Source: Gammaproteobacteria bacterium
Lineage (GTDB): Bacteria > Pseudomonadota > Gammaproteobacteria > CAJXQU01
Length of the DNA: 64,000 nt
NCBI GenBank assembly: GCA_965238175.1
Contig: CBDEGZ010000003.1
Coordinates: 3,104,001-3,168,000 of the forward strand
Direction of reading: 5' to 3'
Below the pieces are notes generated by a model. It had not been told where the DNA came from and made no database searches. It saw nothing but the letters and a program-made list of their open reading frames with translations. The position numbers and the translations under genes are program-made. Positions within the stretch are counted from its first letter, which is position 1, and the number at the start of each line of letters is the position of its first letter. Of this stretch, positions 10,019 through 20,698 are shown one piece after another.

Positions 10019-10954
10019 ATGACCACCCCTTTGCGAATTGCATTTGCTGGCACGCCTGAATTTGCGGCCATTTCACTTGAAGGTCTTATAAAAAACAGTC
10101 AACATGAGCTTGTAGCTGTATTCACCCAACCAGATAGACCGGCAGGGCGGGGTAGAAAGATCCAGAAAAGTGCGGTGAAAGAAGTTGCAGAATTGCATAA
10201 TATAGCTGTTCTACAACCACACTCTTTCAATAGCTCGGAAACATTAGAGGCATTGCGCAATCTTGAACTTGACCTTTTAATCGTTGTTGCCTACGGACAA
10301 ATTTTACCTAGAGCTATTCTCGACACACCTCGTCTAGGCTGTATTAATGTCCATGGATCTCTGCTTCCACGTTGGCGCGGAGCAGCCCCCATACAACGTG
10401 CTATCGAGGAAGGTGATGCACAATCCGGTATTACAATTATGCAAATGGCAGAGTCATTAGACAGTGGCCCAATGTACTCAAAAACCTCGTGTAATATCGA
10501 TCAAACGGATACTAGCCAAACGCTACATGACAAACTAGCAAATCTAGGTGCGCAATGCTTACTTGAAACTTTGTCAGCCATTGCGAGTGGTTCAACAAAA
10601 TTAGAAGCCCAAGATGAGAGTCAAGTAACTTATGCCTCAAAACTGACAAAAGCTGAAGCAGAAATCGATTGGAGCGAACCTGCTTCAAGCATTCAACGAA
10701 AAATACGCGCCTTCAACCCCTTCCCTGTTTCATTCACTGAGTTATTTGATCAAAAAGTCCGAGTCTGGGAAGCCGAGGTGATTCAATCGGATCATAATGA
10801 GACAACCGGTACAATCAACAAGATCTCGCGTAATGGCATTGATATTGTTGCAAACGAAGGTTTATTACGGATCAAAACCCTGCAACTTCCAGGAAAACGT
10901 AAAGTCTCCGTATCCGACTTCTTGAATGCGAACCCTGATCTTGTTAAACCCTAA
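10019..10954 (+). CDS. fmt: methionyl-tRNA formyltransferase
   Basis: FAGTPEFA, TQPDRPAGRG, NVHGSLLPRWRGAAPIQRAI. Confidence 0.97.
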   Translation: MTTPLRIAFAGTPEFAAISLEGLIKNSQHELVAVFTQPDRPAGRGRKIQKSAVKEVAELHNIAVLQPHSFNSSETLEALRNLELDLLIVVAYGQILPRAILDTPRLGCINVHGSLLPRWRGAAPIQRAIEEGDAQSGITIMQMAESLDSGPMYSKTSCNIDQTDTSQTLHDKLANLGAQCLLETLSAIASGSTKLEAQDESQVTYASKLTKAEAEIDWSEPASSIQRKIRAFNPFPVSFTELFDQKVRVWEAEVIQSDHNETTGTINKISRNGIDIVANEGLLRIKTLQLPGKRKVSVSDFLNANPDLVKP

Positions 10955-10982
10955 GCTAGTTTAATTCTGATCTGACCAGTTA

Positions 10983-12305
10983 ATGACCTCTGCAAAAAAT
11001 AATCCTCGCATGATTGCGGCAAAAATTGTTGATGCCGTTTTAAGCGAGCATCGTTCTTTATCCGATTGCGCATCACCACTTTTAGATCAAATAAGTGATC
11101 CTCGCGACCGTGGGCTGGCGCAAGAGTTAAGTTACGGCGTACTTCGTTGGTATGAACAATTAGATGCAATGGTGTCACCTTTGCTGCACCGTCCTATGAA
11201 AAAACGCGACAGTATTTTGAAAGCCTTACTTTTAATTGGTGCTTATCAAATTTTTCATTTACGAACACCAGAGCATGCTGCGGTATCTAGTACAGTTGAG
11301 TGTGCGCGACAATCAGGACGACCTTGGGCAACTTCTCTTTTAAATGGCGTATTACGAAACCTGATCAGAAAGTGTGAACACTTACTTACTCAGGTTAGCA
11401 ATTCAAATAAGCAGAAGTATAGTCACCCATCATGGCTCATCGAGAAAATAAAAACTGACTGGCCCAACGACTGGGAAACAATACTAAGCAATAACAACCT
11501 GCCTGCAAGCATGGCATTACGGGTCAATGTGTTAAAGAATGATCGCGATACTTATCTTTCTATGCTAGATGAACAGGATATTAAATATTCAAAATCAGAA
11601 TTTAGTAAACAGGGCCTATTACTTAAACAATCGATCAATCCGACTCGCTTGGCCAACTTTGAAGATGGCGCAGTTTCCATTCAGGATATCGCCGCCCAAC
11701 TGGCCATGCCTTTACTCGATTTAAAACCCGAGCAAAATGTTCTTGATGCCTGTGCCGCACCGGGCGGTAAAACAGCCCACATTCTTGAAACCGAACAAAA
11801 TTTGAATCGGTTAGTCGCTATAGATATAACCGAAAAAAGAATCGCTTTATTAAAAAATACGCTTACAAGACTTGGCTTATTAAATAATAACGTCCGTATT
11901 CTTGATCAAGATGCAACCACAACGCAACAATGGTGGGATGGACACAAATTTGATCGCATTCTGTTGGACGCACCCTGTTCAGCCACAGGTGTGATCCGTC
12001 GGCACCCGGATATTAAATATCACCGAAAAGCCAGTGACATCGATTCCTTGGTAAAAACGCAACGTTTACTGCTAAAAGCACTCTGGCCACTACTTGCCAG
12101 CGGCGGTCGGCTTGTATATGTTACCTGTTCAGTGTTTAAACAAGAGAATCAGGATCAAATAGCTTGGTTTTTATCCGAACAAAAAGATGCTGAAGAATTA
12201 AAGATTTCATCACCGTGGGGTCGCAATACAGCTTTTGGAAAACAAATTTTGCCAGGAGAAGGTGGAATGGACGGATTTTATTATGCCTGCTTGCATAAAA
12301 CATAA
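10983..12305 (+). CDS. rsmB: 16S rRNA m5C967 methyltransferase
   Basis: NusB-like N-terminus, DACAAPGGKT, DAPCSATGVIRRHPD, TCS. Confidence 0.95.
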   Translation: MTSAKNNPRMIAAKIVDAVLSEHRSLSDCASPLLDQISDPRDRGLAQELSYGVLRWYEQLDAMVSPLLHRPMKKRDSILKALLLIGAYQIFHLRTPEHAAVSSTVECARQSGRPWATSLLNGVLRNLIRKCEHLLTQVSNSNKQKYSHPSWLIEKIKTDWPNDWETILSNNNLPASMALRVNVLKNDRDTYLSMLDEQDIKYSKSEFSKQGLLLKQSINPTRLANFEDGAVSIQDIAAQLAMPLLDLKPEQNVLDACAAPGGKTAHILETEQNLNRLVAIDITEKRIALLKNTLTRLGLLNNNVRILDQDATTTQQWWDGHKFDRILLDAPCSATGVIRRHPDIKYHRKASDIDSLVKTQRLLLKALWPLLASGGRLVYVTCSVFKQENQDQIAWFLSEQKDAEELKISSPWGRNTAFGKQILPGEGGMDGFYYACLHKT

Positions 12306-12858
12306 ATCGCAACTGATTGTCATTCTTATTACCCTGCTATCAGGTTCCATTTACAGTCAAATGTTTGCTGCGGAAATCAACGTCAACTATGTCGAATCCG
12401 ACATTGTTAATGGTATTTATGTCGTCACTGCCAATCTCTACTATGAATTAGGAGAGGAAGCCACAGAAGCCCTGAACAATGGCATTCCATTGTTATTCTA
12501 TATCGAAGTTGAATTTGAACAACCAAGAGAACTCATGTGGAATAAACCACTCATTCGTCATAGCCATAATGTACGGCTTGAGCATCATCCTCTTAGCGAT
12601 CAATATATTCTTACAAACTTGGCAACGAAGGATCAATTCAGCTTTGACTCTCTCAATGATGCTTTGCTCAAGCTAGGGAAAATTTCAAAACTACCTGTTG
12701 CAGAAGAAAATCAAGTTCAATATGAAAACGTTCTACTTGGCAAGATCCGATCGGGACTTGATATAGAAGCACTGCCGCCGCCAATGCGACTACAGGCATG
12801 GCTTTCTTCTGAATGGCGCGTCTCCACAGGCTGGGTTGAATGGGAGGTTTTTCCATGA
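12283..12858 (+). CDS. DUF4390 periplasmic protein
   Basis: EALNNGIPL...LPPPMRL; conserved position between rsmB and ntrY; ATG at 12283 preferred over the TTG at 12235. Confidence 0.8.
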   Translation: MPACIKHKSQLIVILITLLSGSIYSQMFAAEINVNYVESDIVNGIYVVTANLYYELGEEATEALNNGIPLLFYIEVEFEQPRELMWNKPLIRHSHNVRLEHHPLSDQYILTNLATKDQFSFDSLNDALLKLGKISKLPVAEENQVQYENVLLGKIRSGLDIEALPPPMRLQAWLSSEWRVSTGWVEWEVFP

Positions 12859-15122
12859 TCAATTCCAAACGAATCCTAACTATTGCAGCAATCGTTTTCA
12901 TTATGATGCTTAGTACGTTGCTACTGATGAGTAACGCAATCAACGGCTCTGAGAATTTCAGCAGATTGTATTCTTTATTACTGATTACCAATGCCATCGG
13001 TCTACTTGGACTGATTTATCTGATCGCACGTAATATCAAGCAATTGCTGAAACAGCTTAAGAATAAAAAGCCAGGTTCTCGTTTAACCTTGCGAATGGTC
13101 ACCACCTTTATTTTATTGGCCATAATCCCTTTACTCATCGTTTATTGGTTTTCAACGGATTTTATTCGTCGAGGTATCGATAATTGGTTCGACGTTCGTA
13201 TTGAAACTGCACTCACAGACTCACTTGAGCTAAGCAAAGAAGCCATTAGTTTACGCATGCGTGAGTTGCTCAAAACTACTGAGCAAATAGCGGCAGATTT
13301 AACTGCATCCGATGAATCAGAGCTTTCCCTTGCCTCGCTTTATCGCGAAAACTTGCAAGGTGAAATTACGAATACAAACCTGCTAGGCGGTACTGAGTGG
13401 GATACTTCGGAACTGGATGATCTGAGGATCAGAAATGGCGCTGAAGAGCTGGCAATCTTGAGCCGAAAAGGCAGAATAATTGCAACCAGTAGCACACAAA
13501 CAGACATCGTTCCAAATACACCAGGAGAGTCCACGCTCCTCCAACTTAGGCAAGGCCGTAATTACATTGGTTTAGAACCACTTCGTGATGTCGGTGTATT
13601 TATCCGGGCAGTCGTTAAAATTCCAAACGATGATCTGAATAGTAAGACCCGAGTGTTACAGGCATTGTATCCCATCTCGACACGTATCAATGAACTAGCC
13701 GAAAATGTTCAAGGCGCATACGCTAATTATCAGGAACTGGCTTATCTAAGAAAGCCCTTGCAGCTCAGTTTCAATATGACATTAACGCTGGTACTACTTT
13801 TTAGCATTTTAAGCGCAGTACTTGCTGCATTTCACTCGGCAAGAAAATTAACCTCTCCTATTCAGGATCTTGCCGAAGGAACACGAAGAATTGCCCAAGG
13901 CGACTATGGAAGACAATTAACCGTATCTAGCTCTGATGATCTTGGTTTTCTTGTCCAGTCATTCAATGATATGTCGAATAAAATTAATGCTGCTCAGTTG
14001 GAACTGGAATCACAACGAACGTATCTCCAAACGGTTTTAGGCAAGCTCTCTTCGGGAGTTCTTACTTTTGACGCAGATCTGCAATTGAAAACTGCGAATG
14101 TTAGCGCTAATCAGATTCTGGAAACTAACATTGTGCCATACCTTGGTGGGCATATTAGTGAGATACCAGAAACCGAAACCAAACTAGTGTCTTTATTCGA
14201 GTCCATTGAACATAAACTCAGTGATCATTCTGGTGATTGGCAAAAACAAGTTGTGTTATTTAGCGCAGCAGGCCGACAGGTTCTTATGTGCAGAGGTACA
14301 GCACTGGAGAACGCTGGCGAAAAAGGCCATGTGATCGTGTTCGACGATATCACTGCCCTAATACAAGGTCAAAAAGATGCCGCATGGAGCGAGGTTGCAA
14401 GACGTCTAGCCCATGAGATCAAAAACCCGCTTACTCCGATTCAATTATCGGCAGAAAGACTTCGGCATAAATATCTAAAAAAAATGAATGGTGCCGATGC
14501 TGAGACTCTGGATCGATTAACCAATACGATTGTTCAACAAGTGGACACAATGAAAGGAATGGTGAATACCTTTTCAGATTATGCACGTCCATCTCAAATG
14601 AAAACGGAACCACTCAATGTAAACCCAATGGTCGAAGAAGTTTCTACACTTTATCAACAGATGAATACCGAAATAGAGATTGAACTACAGCTGGATAAGA
14701 AACTGCCACTTATTGAAGCTGATCACAATCGGCTTCGACAAATACTCAATAATCTCTTGAAAAATGCGGTAGAAGCTAATGAAAATTCAGCTAAGCCAAA
14801 AATTAATATTTTAACAAAAAGAATACATGCTGCAGGCCGCGAGTTGATCGAAATACGTATAATGGATAATGGTCCTGGTTTCCCGGACAGTTTAATTGGA
14901 GAGATCTTTGAACCCTACGTCACAACTAAATCCAGGGGCACCGGGCTTGGTCTAGCGATTGTTAAAAAAATAGTTGAAGAGCACAGCGGTATAGTCTGGG
15001 TTGAAAATAAAAAGAATCAAGGTGGTTGTGTTGTAATACGACTCCCAACGTATATCGAAAATCTAAATGCACCTTCCTCCAATGTTCTTTCAATTCAGGA
15101 AGCAAGGAAAAATAGCCTATGA
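12855..15122 (+). CDS. ntrY: NtrY-like HAMP/PAS sensor histidine kinase
   Basis: AWSEVARRLAHEIKNPLTPIQLSAERL, GTGLGL; start at 12855 overlaps the upstream stop (ATGA). Confidence 0.85.
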   Translation: MINSKRILTIAAIVFIMMLSTLLLMSNAINGSENFSRLYSLLLITNAIGLLGLIYLIARNIKQLLKQLKNKKPGSRLTLRMVTTFILLAIIPLLIVYWFSTDFIRRGIDNWFDVRIETALTDSLELSKEAISLRMRELLKTTEQIAADLTASDESELSLASLYRENLQGEITNTNLLGGTEWDTSELDDLRIRNGAEELAILSRKGRIIATSSTQTDIVPNTPGESTLLQLRQGRNYIGLEPLRDVGVFIRAVVKIPNDDLNSKTRVLQALYPISTRINELAENVQGAYANYQELAYLRKPLQLSFNMTLTLVLLFSILSAVLAAFHSARKLTSPIQDLAEGTRRIAQGDYGRQLTVSSSDDLGFLVQSFNDMSNKINAAQLELESQRTYLQTVLGKLSSGVLTFDADLQLKTANVSANQILETNIVPYLGGHISEIPETETKLVSLFESIEHKLSDHSGDWQKQVVLFSAAGRQVLMCRGTALENAGEKGHVIVFDDITALIQGQKDAAWSEVARRLAHEIKNPLTPIQLSAERLRHKYLKKMNGADAETLDRLTNTIVQQVDTMKGMVNTFSDYARPSQMKTEPLNVNPMVEEVSTLYQQMNTEIEIELQLDKKLPLIEADHNRLRQILNNLLKNAVEANENSAKPKINILTKRIHAAGRELIEIRIMDNGPGFPDSLIGEIFEPYVTTKSRGTGLGLAIVKKIVEEHSGIVWVENKKNQGGCVVIRLPTYIENLNAPSSNVLSIQEARKNSL

Positions 15123-16510
15123 ATTTTGGCCACATACTAGTTGTTGATGATGAACCGGATATTCGAGGATTACTTAAAGAAATTCTCGAAGATGAAGGTT
15201 TTTATGTCTCCGCAGCCGAAAATGGACAAGCAGCGAGAGAAGCGCTGCAAGCACACCGCCCTGATCTGATCTTGTTGGATATATGGATGCCCGATATTGA
15301 TGGTGTTGCCCTACTCAAGGAATGGAAAGAAAACGAATCCTTTGATTCTCCCGTTATCATGATCTCTGGTCATGGAACCGTAGAGACCGCTGTTGAGGCT
15401 ATCCGCATCGGCGCTTATGACTTTATTGAAAAACCACTATCGATCGCAAAACTTCTGATCACCGTTGATAGAGCCCTCGAAACTTCTGTACTTAAACGCG
15501 AAAATATTGATCTTAAAAAACAGACAGAAGTTTCCACTGAACAAAATTTTGGATCTCACCCATTATTACTGAGTTTAAAATCTCAACTCGAACGAGTTGC
15601 GAATCACGACACTTCAGCCTTAATTTCTGGCCCGACAGGAAGTGGTAAAGAGAAATTTGCCTATTACTTACATCAGTGTAGTCCTCGCGCATCTGGCGCT
15701 TTTGTTTCTGTCAACGTTGGTGGCTTGGCAATTGAAAACCCTGGTGTAGAGCTCTTTGGGAGCGAAACAGATGGTAAGGTGAATTTTGGATATCTTGAAC
15801 GTGCAAATAGCGGAACCTTATTCATGCAGGATATCTTCGACATGGATATGAATACACAAGCACGACTAGCAAGCGCTCTTGAAAACCAATCGATCCTACG
15901 TGTTGGTGGTCATGAAGCAGTAAAAATAGATGTTAGGATCATTGCTTCGACGCGCCATAATCTACAGCAGGAAATTACTAATGGCAATTTCCGTGATGAC
16001 CTTTTCTACGCGTTAAATGTGATCCCGTTAAAAGTCCCTGCCTTGAAAGAACATTCGGAAGACATTCCTGATCTACTCGATTATTACATTGACTATTTTA
16101 TGAGCAAAGAAAGTTTACCTAAAAGAGAATTTTCTTCTTCGGCAAAAAATCGATTATGTAGCTATGAATGGCCAGGCAATGTTCGCGAATTAACGAATCT
16201 TGTTCAACGTTTATTAATTATGGGCAATGATGAGGAAATTGATGTTAATGAAGTAGAAATGGCTCTCGGTATTGCCACAACTATTCCTACGATCGATCTT
16301 ATTCCTGGCTTCGCACTTCCATTACGTGATGCCAGAGAACAATTTGAACGCAACTATTTTGAATATCAACTAAAAATAAATGCGGGAAATGTCACGAATG
16401 TTGCATCTCACGCTGGAATAGAGCGAACACATTTGTATCGTAAGCTCCGTGCATTAGACATCGATCCAAAACAGATCGCGAAGCAAGTGAAGGAGATCAA
16501 TAAAGACTGA
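15119..16510 (+). CDS. ntrX: NtrX-like response regulator (REC-AAA+-HTH)
   Basis: [38 protein letters not shown]; lacks GAFTGA. Confidence 0.85.
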   Translation: MNFGHILVVDDEPDIRGLLKEILEDEGFYVSAAENGQAAREALQAHRPDLILLDIWMPDIDGVALLKEWKENESFDSPVIMISGHGTVETAVEAIRIGAYDFIEKPLSIAKLLITVDRALETSVLKRENIDLKKQTEVSTEQNFGSHPLLLSLKSQLERVANHDTSALISGPTGSGKEKFAYYLHQCSPRASGAFVSVNVGGLAIENPGVELFGSETDGKVNFGYLERANSGTLFMQDIFDMDMNTQARLASALENQSILRVGGHEAVKIDVRIIASTRHNLQQEITNGNFRDDLFYALNVIPLKVPALKEHSEDIPDLLDYYIDYFMSKESLPKREFSSSAKNRLCSYEWPGNVRELTNLVQRLLIMGNDEEIDVNEVEMALGIATTIPTIDLIPGFALPLRDAREQFERNYFEYQLKINAGNVTNVASHAGIERTHLYRKLRALDIDPKQIAKQVKEINKD

Positions 16511-17883
16511 TGAAAATCATCATCCTTGGCGCTGGTCAAGTAGGCTCATCTGTAGCAAGTAACCTCTGTAACGAAGCAAATGACATAACCGTTATTGATA
16601 CAAACCCTGTTTATCTTCAAACACTTCAAGATCGTTTTGATCTCAGAACAATCGTCGGATCTGGATCTCATCCGCGTGTACTGACACGAGCTGGGGCGCA
16701 AGAAGCAGATATGCTTATCGCCGTCACCAACAGTGATGAGGTCAATATGCTGGCATGTCAAATCGCTAACACTTTATTTCATACCCCTTTAAAAATTGCT
16801 CGAGTACGGGAGGCTGAATATCTAAGGTACCCCGAGTTATTTAATCATGAAGCATTACCTGTTGATTATTTAATCAGTCCGGAACAAAAAGTAACAAAAT
16901 ATATTGAGCGGCTTATTAGTTATCCCGGTGCATTACAAGTACTTAACTTCGCGAAAGGAAAACTGCAACTTGTGGCCGTTAAAGCACTTGAGACTAGTCC
17001 AATCTGTGGAAAAGAACTCAGAACCTTGAAAGATCATTTACGCGGTGCCGAAACACGTGTAGCTGCTATTTTTCGTAGAGGACAACCAATTATTCCTCGT
17101 GGTAACACCATTATCGAAGCTGACGATGATGTCTTCTTTATCGCTGCGCCACAACACATTAAAGCTGTCATGCGAGAAATGAGTCGTGTTGAAAAACGCG
17201 TAAAGCGGATCATACTAGCTGGTGGCGGGCATATAGGAGTCAGGTTGGCTTTAGCTCTGGAAAAAAAATATCGCGTTAAATTGATCGAATTTGATTCAAC
17301 AAGAGCAAATGAAATAGCTGAAACACTCCATAACACTATCGTTTTAAAAGGAGATGCTGCGGATGAAGATCTCCTATTAGAAGAAAATATTGAAGAAACT
17401 GACATCTTCTGTGCACTTACCAACGATGATGAAGCAAACATTATTTCATCAATGCTTGCAAAGAGACTTGGTGCTAAAAAAGTAATGGCCTTGATCAACC
17501 GAACCGCTTATGTTGATCTTGTCCAACAAGATATTATTGATATTGCGATATCACCACAACAAGCAACTATCGGCAGCGTCCTTGCACATATTAGGAGAGG
17601 TGATGTCGTTGTCGTACATTCACTTCGTAGAGGTGCTGCAGAAGCAATTGAAGCAATTGCACACGGTAACGAAAGCTCCTCAAAAGTTGTTGGCCGTGCA
17701 ATAGAAAAAATCAAACTCCCTCCAGGCACTACCATCTGCACCATCGTACGAGGGAAAAAGGTCATCATGGTGCACCATGACACAGTAATCGAAGCGGAAG
17801 ATCATGTGATTATAATGGTGACAGACAAACGTCATGTACGAGATGTAGAAAAACTGTTTCAAGTTGGAGTCACCTTTCTTTAG
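16510..17883 (+). CDS. trkA: Trk potassium uptake NAD-binding subunit
   Basis: [12 protein letters not shown]; tandem RCK domains; [16 protein letters not shown]. Confidence 0.96.
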   Translation: MKIIILGAGQVGSSVASNLCNEANDITVIDTNPVYLQTLQDRFDLRTIVGSGSHPRVLTRAGAQEADMLIAVTNSDEVNMLACQIANTLFHTPLKIARVREAEYLRYPELFNHEALPVDYLISPEQKVTKYIERLISYPGALQVLNFAKGKLQLVAVKALETSPICGKELRTLKDHLRGAETRVAAIFRRGQPIIPRGNTIIEADDDVFFIAAPQHIKAVMREMSRVEKRVKRIILAGGGHIGVRLALALEKKYRVKLIEFDSTRANEIAETLHNTIVLKGDAADEDLLLEENIEETDIFCALTNDDEANIISSMLAKRLGAKKVMALINRTAYVDLVQQDIIDIAISPQQATIGSVLAHIRRGDVVVVHSLRRGAAEAIEAIAHGNESSSKVVGRAIEKIKLPPGTTICTIVRGKKVIMVHHDTVIEAEDHVIIMVTDKRHVRDVEKLFQVGVTFL

Positions 17884-19334
17884 TGCGTCTTATAATAATA
17901 CAAAAGATTTTAGGATTGTTATTGGCGCTATTTAGTTTAACTCTAGTCCCTCCTGCCTTAATTTCCTACTTTACAAATGATGGTGCTTTACAAGCATTTA
18001 CTGCAGCCCTTCTGATCACATTGACTTTGGGTCTACTGCTCTGGCTACCAGTAAAAAACAAAAAACAAGAGTTGAGATTACGTGACGGTTTTTTAATCGT
18101 CGTATTCTTCTGGACAGTACTAGGTCTATCGGGTGCAATCCCATTTGCACTTGCTGAACACCCGAATATGCCGTTTACCGATGCATTCTTTGAATCTCTT
18201 TCTGGGCTTACAACAACTGGAGCGACCGTCATTGTTGGAATTGATCACCTTCCAATGTCTATCCTTTATTACCGTCAACAACTCCAATGGTTAGGTGGGA
18301 TGGGCATCATTGTCCTTGCTGTCGCAATCTTACCGATGTTGGGGATCGGCGGTATGCAATTGTATCGCGCTGAAACCCCTGGGCCAATGAAAGATAATAA
18401 ATTGACACCTAGGATTACTGAGACTGCAAAAACACTCTGGTATATCTATCTTGGTCTTACCATCAGTTGTTGTTTAGCATATTGGCTCAGTGGGATGACA
18501 TTTTTTGATGCTATATGCCACAGTTTCTCTACAGTCGCTATTGGCGGTTTCTCAACTCATGATGCAAGTTTGGGCTATTTTGATAATATAAATATTGAAA
18601 TAGTTGCTATGCTCTTCATGTTCATTTCAGGCGTTAACTACTCATTGCATTTTTTAGTTTGGCGTTGGCAAAGTATTAAGCCCTACATTTACGATAGCGA
18701 ATTTTTAACCTACTCTGCATTACTGGGTACAACTACATTTGTCGTAATTTATTATTTGATGGTGACTCAAACCTACGACAATACTAGTACGACAATTCGA
18801 CAAGGAATTTTTCATGTTATCTCTATTGGCACCACCACTGGTTTCACGACAACAGAATTTCAAGCCTGGCCAAGTTTCCTTCCACTATTGATTTTATTTC
18901 TAAGTTTTGCTGGCGGCTGCGCAGGTTCAACTGGCGGAGGAATAAAAGTAATTAGAGTCCTATTACTTTTCAAACAAGGAATGCGTGAGATTAAAAGATT
19001 GATACATCCTAATGCTATTTTTCCTATTAAATTGGGCAATAAAGCTATTGCCAATCAAGTCATTGATTCTATTTGGGGATTTTTCGCCGTTTATTTAGCA
19101 ACATTTACAGTCATGTTTCTAATTTTATTGGCCGCTGGTATGGATCAATTAACTGCATTTTCTGCAATCGCAGCGTGTATCAATAATCTTGGCCCAGGTC
19201 TTGGGAAAGTTAGTCTTCACTATGGTGAATTAACAGATACAGTCAAATGGGTACTCAGCTTTGCAATGTTGCTAGGTCGTCTAGAAATTTTTACACTTCT
19301 AGTCTTACTCTCACCCGCTTTTTGGAGAAGCTAA
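17883..19334 (+). CDS. trkH: Trk potassium uptake membrane protein
   Basis: SGLTTTGAT, QWLGGMGII, GGCAGSTGGGIK, GRLEIF. Confidence 0.96.
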   Translation: MRLIIIQKILGLLLALFSLTLVPPALISYFTNDGALQAFTAALLITLTLGLLLWLPVKNKKQELRLRDGFLIVVFFWTVLGLSGAIPFALAEHPNMPFTDAFFESLSGLTTTGATVIVGIDHLPMSILYYRQQLQWLGGMGIIVLAVAILPMLGIGGMQLYRAETPGPMKDNKLTPRITETAKTLWYIYLGLTISCCLAYWLSGMTFFDAICHSFSTVAIGGFSTHDASLGYFDNINIEIVAMLFMFISGVNYSLHFLVWRWQSIKPYIYDSEFLTYSALLGTTTFVVIYYLMVTQTYDNTSTTIRQGIFHVISIGTTTGFTTTEFQAWPSFLPLLILFLSFAGGCAGSTGGGIKVIRVLLLFKQGMREIKRLIHPNAIFPIKLGNKAIANQVIDSIWGFFAVYLATFTVMFLILLAAGMDQLTAFSAIAACINNLGPGLGKVSLHYGELTDTVKWVLSFAMLLGRLEIFTLLVLLSPAFWRS

Positions 19335-19350
19335 ACTTAATTCACGACTC

Positions 19351-20472
19351 CTAATCTGAAATATGCTGTGTAGCTAGATATTCCTTAGTGCCCATTTCCT
19401 GTAATCTACTTATCGTCCGTTTAAAACCTTTCAAAAGTCTAGTTCCTGAATAGAGATCCTCAGCTGGCACCTCTGCAGAAATAATTAATTTCACTCTACG
19501 ATCATAAAATTCATCGATCATTGTCATAAATCGTTTTGCATGATCATCAGCATCCATAACGGGAACATTAGAGACAAGCACTGTCTGGAAAGTGCGTGCT
19601 ATTTCTATATAATCTGCGGCACCTCGCGGACCATCGCATATTGCAGTGAAATCAAACCATACAACGCTATCTGCATATTTAAGAGCGTGAATTGTTCGTC
19701 CTTCTATCTCTACAACTTCATTAGAAATTCCTTCTTCAGGAGAAATTTTTTCAAAACTATCAGCTAAACTTTTATCGGCTTCATCATCAAGTGGGAAATG
19801 ATAAATTTCCGCTTTTTCAAGCACTCGAAAACGATAATCTACCCCGCTATCAACACACACTACCTTCGTATGTTTTTTGATCAGTTCTATCGCAGGTAAA
19901 AATCTATCTCGCTGTAAACCACCTTGATATAACTCATCCGGATGCTCATTAGACGTTGCAACTAATGTAACGTTTCGATCAAATAAAGCGCTAAACAAAT
20001 TACCTAATAACATAGCATCAGTAATATCTGAAACATGAAATTCGTCAAAGCAAATCACTCTGGTCTTACTGGCGTATCGTTCAGCAACACTAATTAAAGG
20101 ATTTTCAGTATTTTTTAGTTCCTTCAACTCTTGGTGAATACTACGCATGAAACTATGGAAATGTATTCTCGACTTATCCTTAAAAGGAAGGCAGTTATAA
20201 AAGGTATCCATAATATAAGTCTTACCTCGACCTACCCCTCCCCAAAAATAAAGGCCTTTTATTGGTTCAGTCGATAACACTTCCCGCCTCTGAAATATTC
20301 TCTTGAAAAGCCCTCGTTTATCTAAAAATTGTTTCCCAGGATTGGTTAAATTTTCATAGAGCTGTTGGGTATATTCGACAGCTTGTTGTTGGGCTGGATC
20401 ATGAGCAAAACCATCTTGCGTAAGATCCTTTTTATATAAGTCGAGAGGTGTTTTATTATTCTTATTTTTCAA
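19351..20472 (-). CDS. zapE: cell division ATPase ZapE (AFG1 family)
   Basis: GLYFWGGVGRGKT, CFDEFHVSDITDAM, RTISRLQEM. Confidence 0.93.
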   Translation of the reverse strand: MKNKNNKTPLDLYKKDLTQDGFAHDPAQQQAVEYTQQLYENLTNPGKQFLDKRGLFKRIFQRREVLSTEPIKGLYFWGGVGRGKTYIMDTFYNCLPFKDKSRIHFHSFMRSIHQELKELKNTENPLISVAERYASKTRVICFDEFHVSDITDAMLLGNLFSALFDRNVTLVATSNEHPDELYQGGLQRDRFLPAIELIKKHTKVVCVDSGVDYRFRVLEKAEIYHFPLDDEADKSLADSFEKISPEEGISNEVVEIEGRTIHALKYADSVVWFDFTAICDGPRGAADYIEIARTFQTVLVSNVPVMDADDHAKRFMTMIDEFYDRRVKLIISAEVPAEDLYSGTRLLKGFKRTISRLQEMGTKEYLATQHISD

Positions 20473-20698
20473 AATAAATCCGAGTTAAATTGGACATTAT
20501 TTATTATCATACGTCAGAATTTAACCTAAAAGATCAAAATATAAACCTTAAATACCTTCAGAGTTAAAATCTTTTAATTTAACCAACAAAAATTAGACTT
20601 GGAGATACGTAATCGAAGGCTACCTCAGTATTTGTAAGAATAATTAGCTATAAAATAAAAAGTAGTGAATGGATAGAATGTAATAACATTTATCTAGC

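Noticed and set aside
15119-16510. NtrX as the sigma54 activator of pqqA
   Set aside because: It lacks the GAFTGA loop needed to contact sigma54, which is normal for this NtrX group.
3923-19767. Many antisense or alternate-frame ORFs over topA, dprA, trkA, trkH and neighbours
   Set aside because: Shadow frames of well-supported genes with no recognisable motifs.
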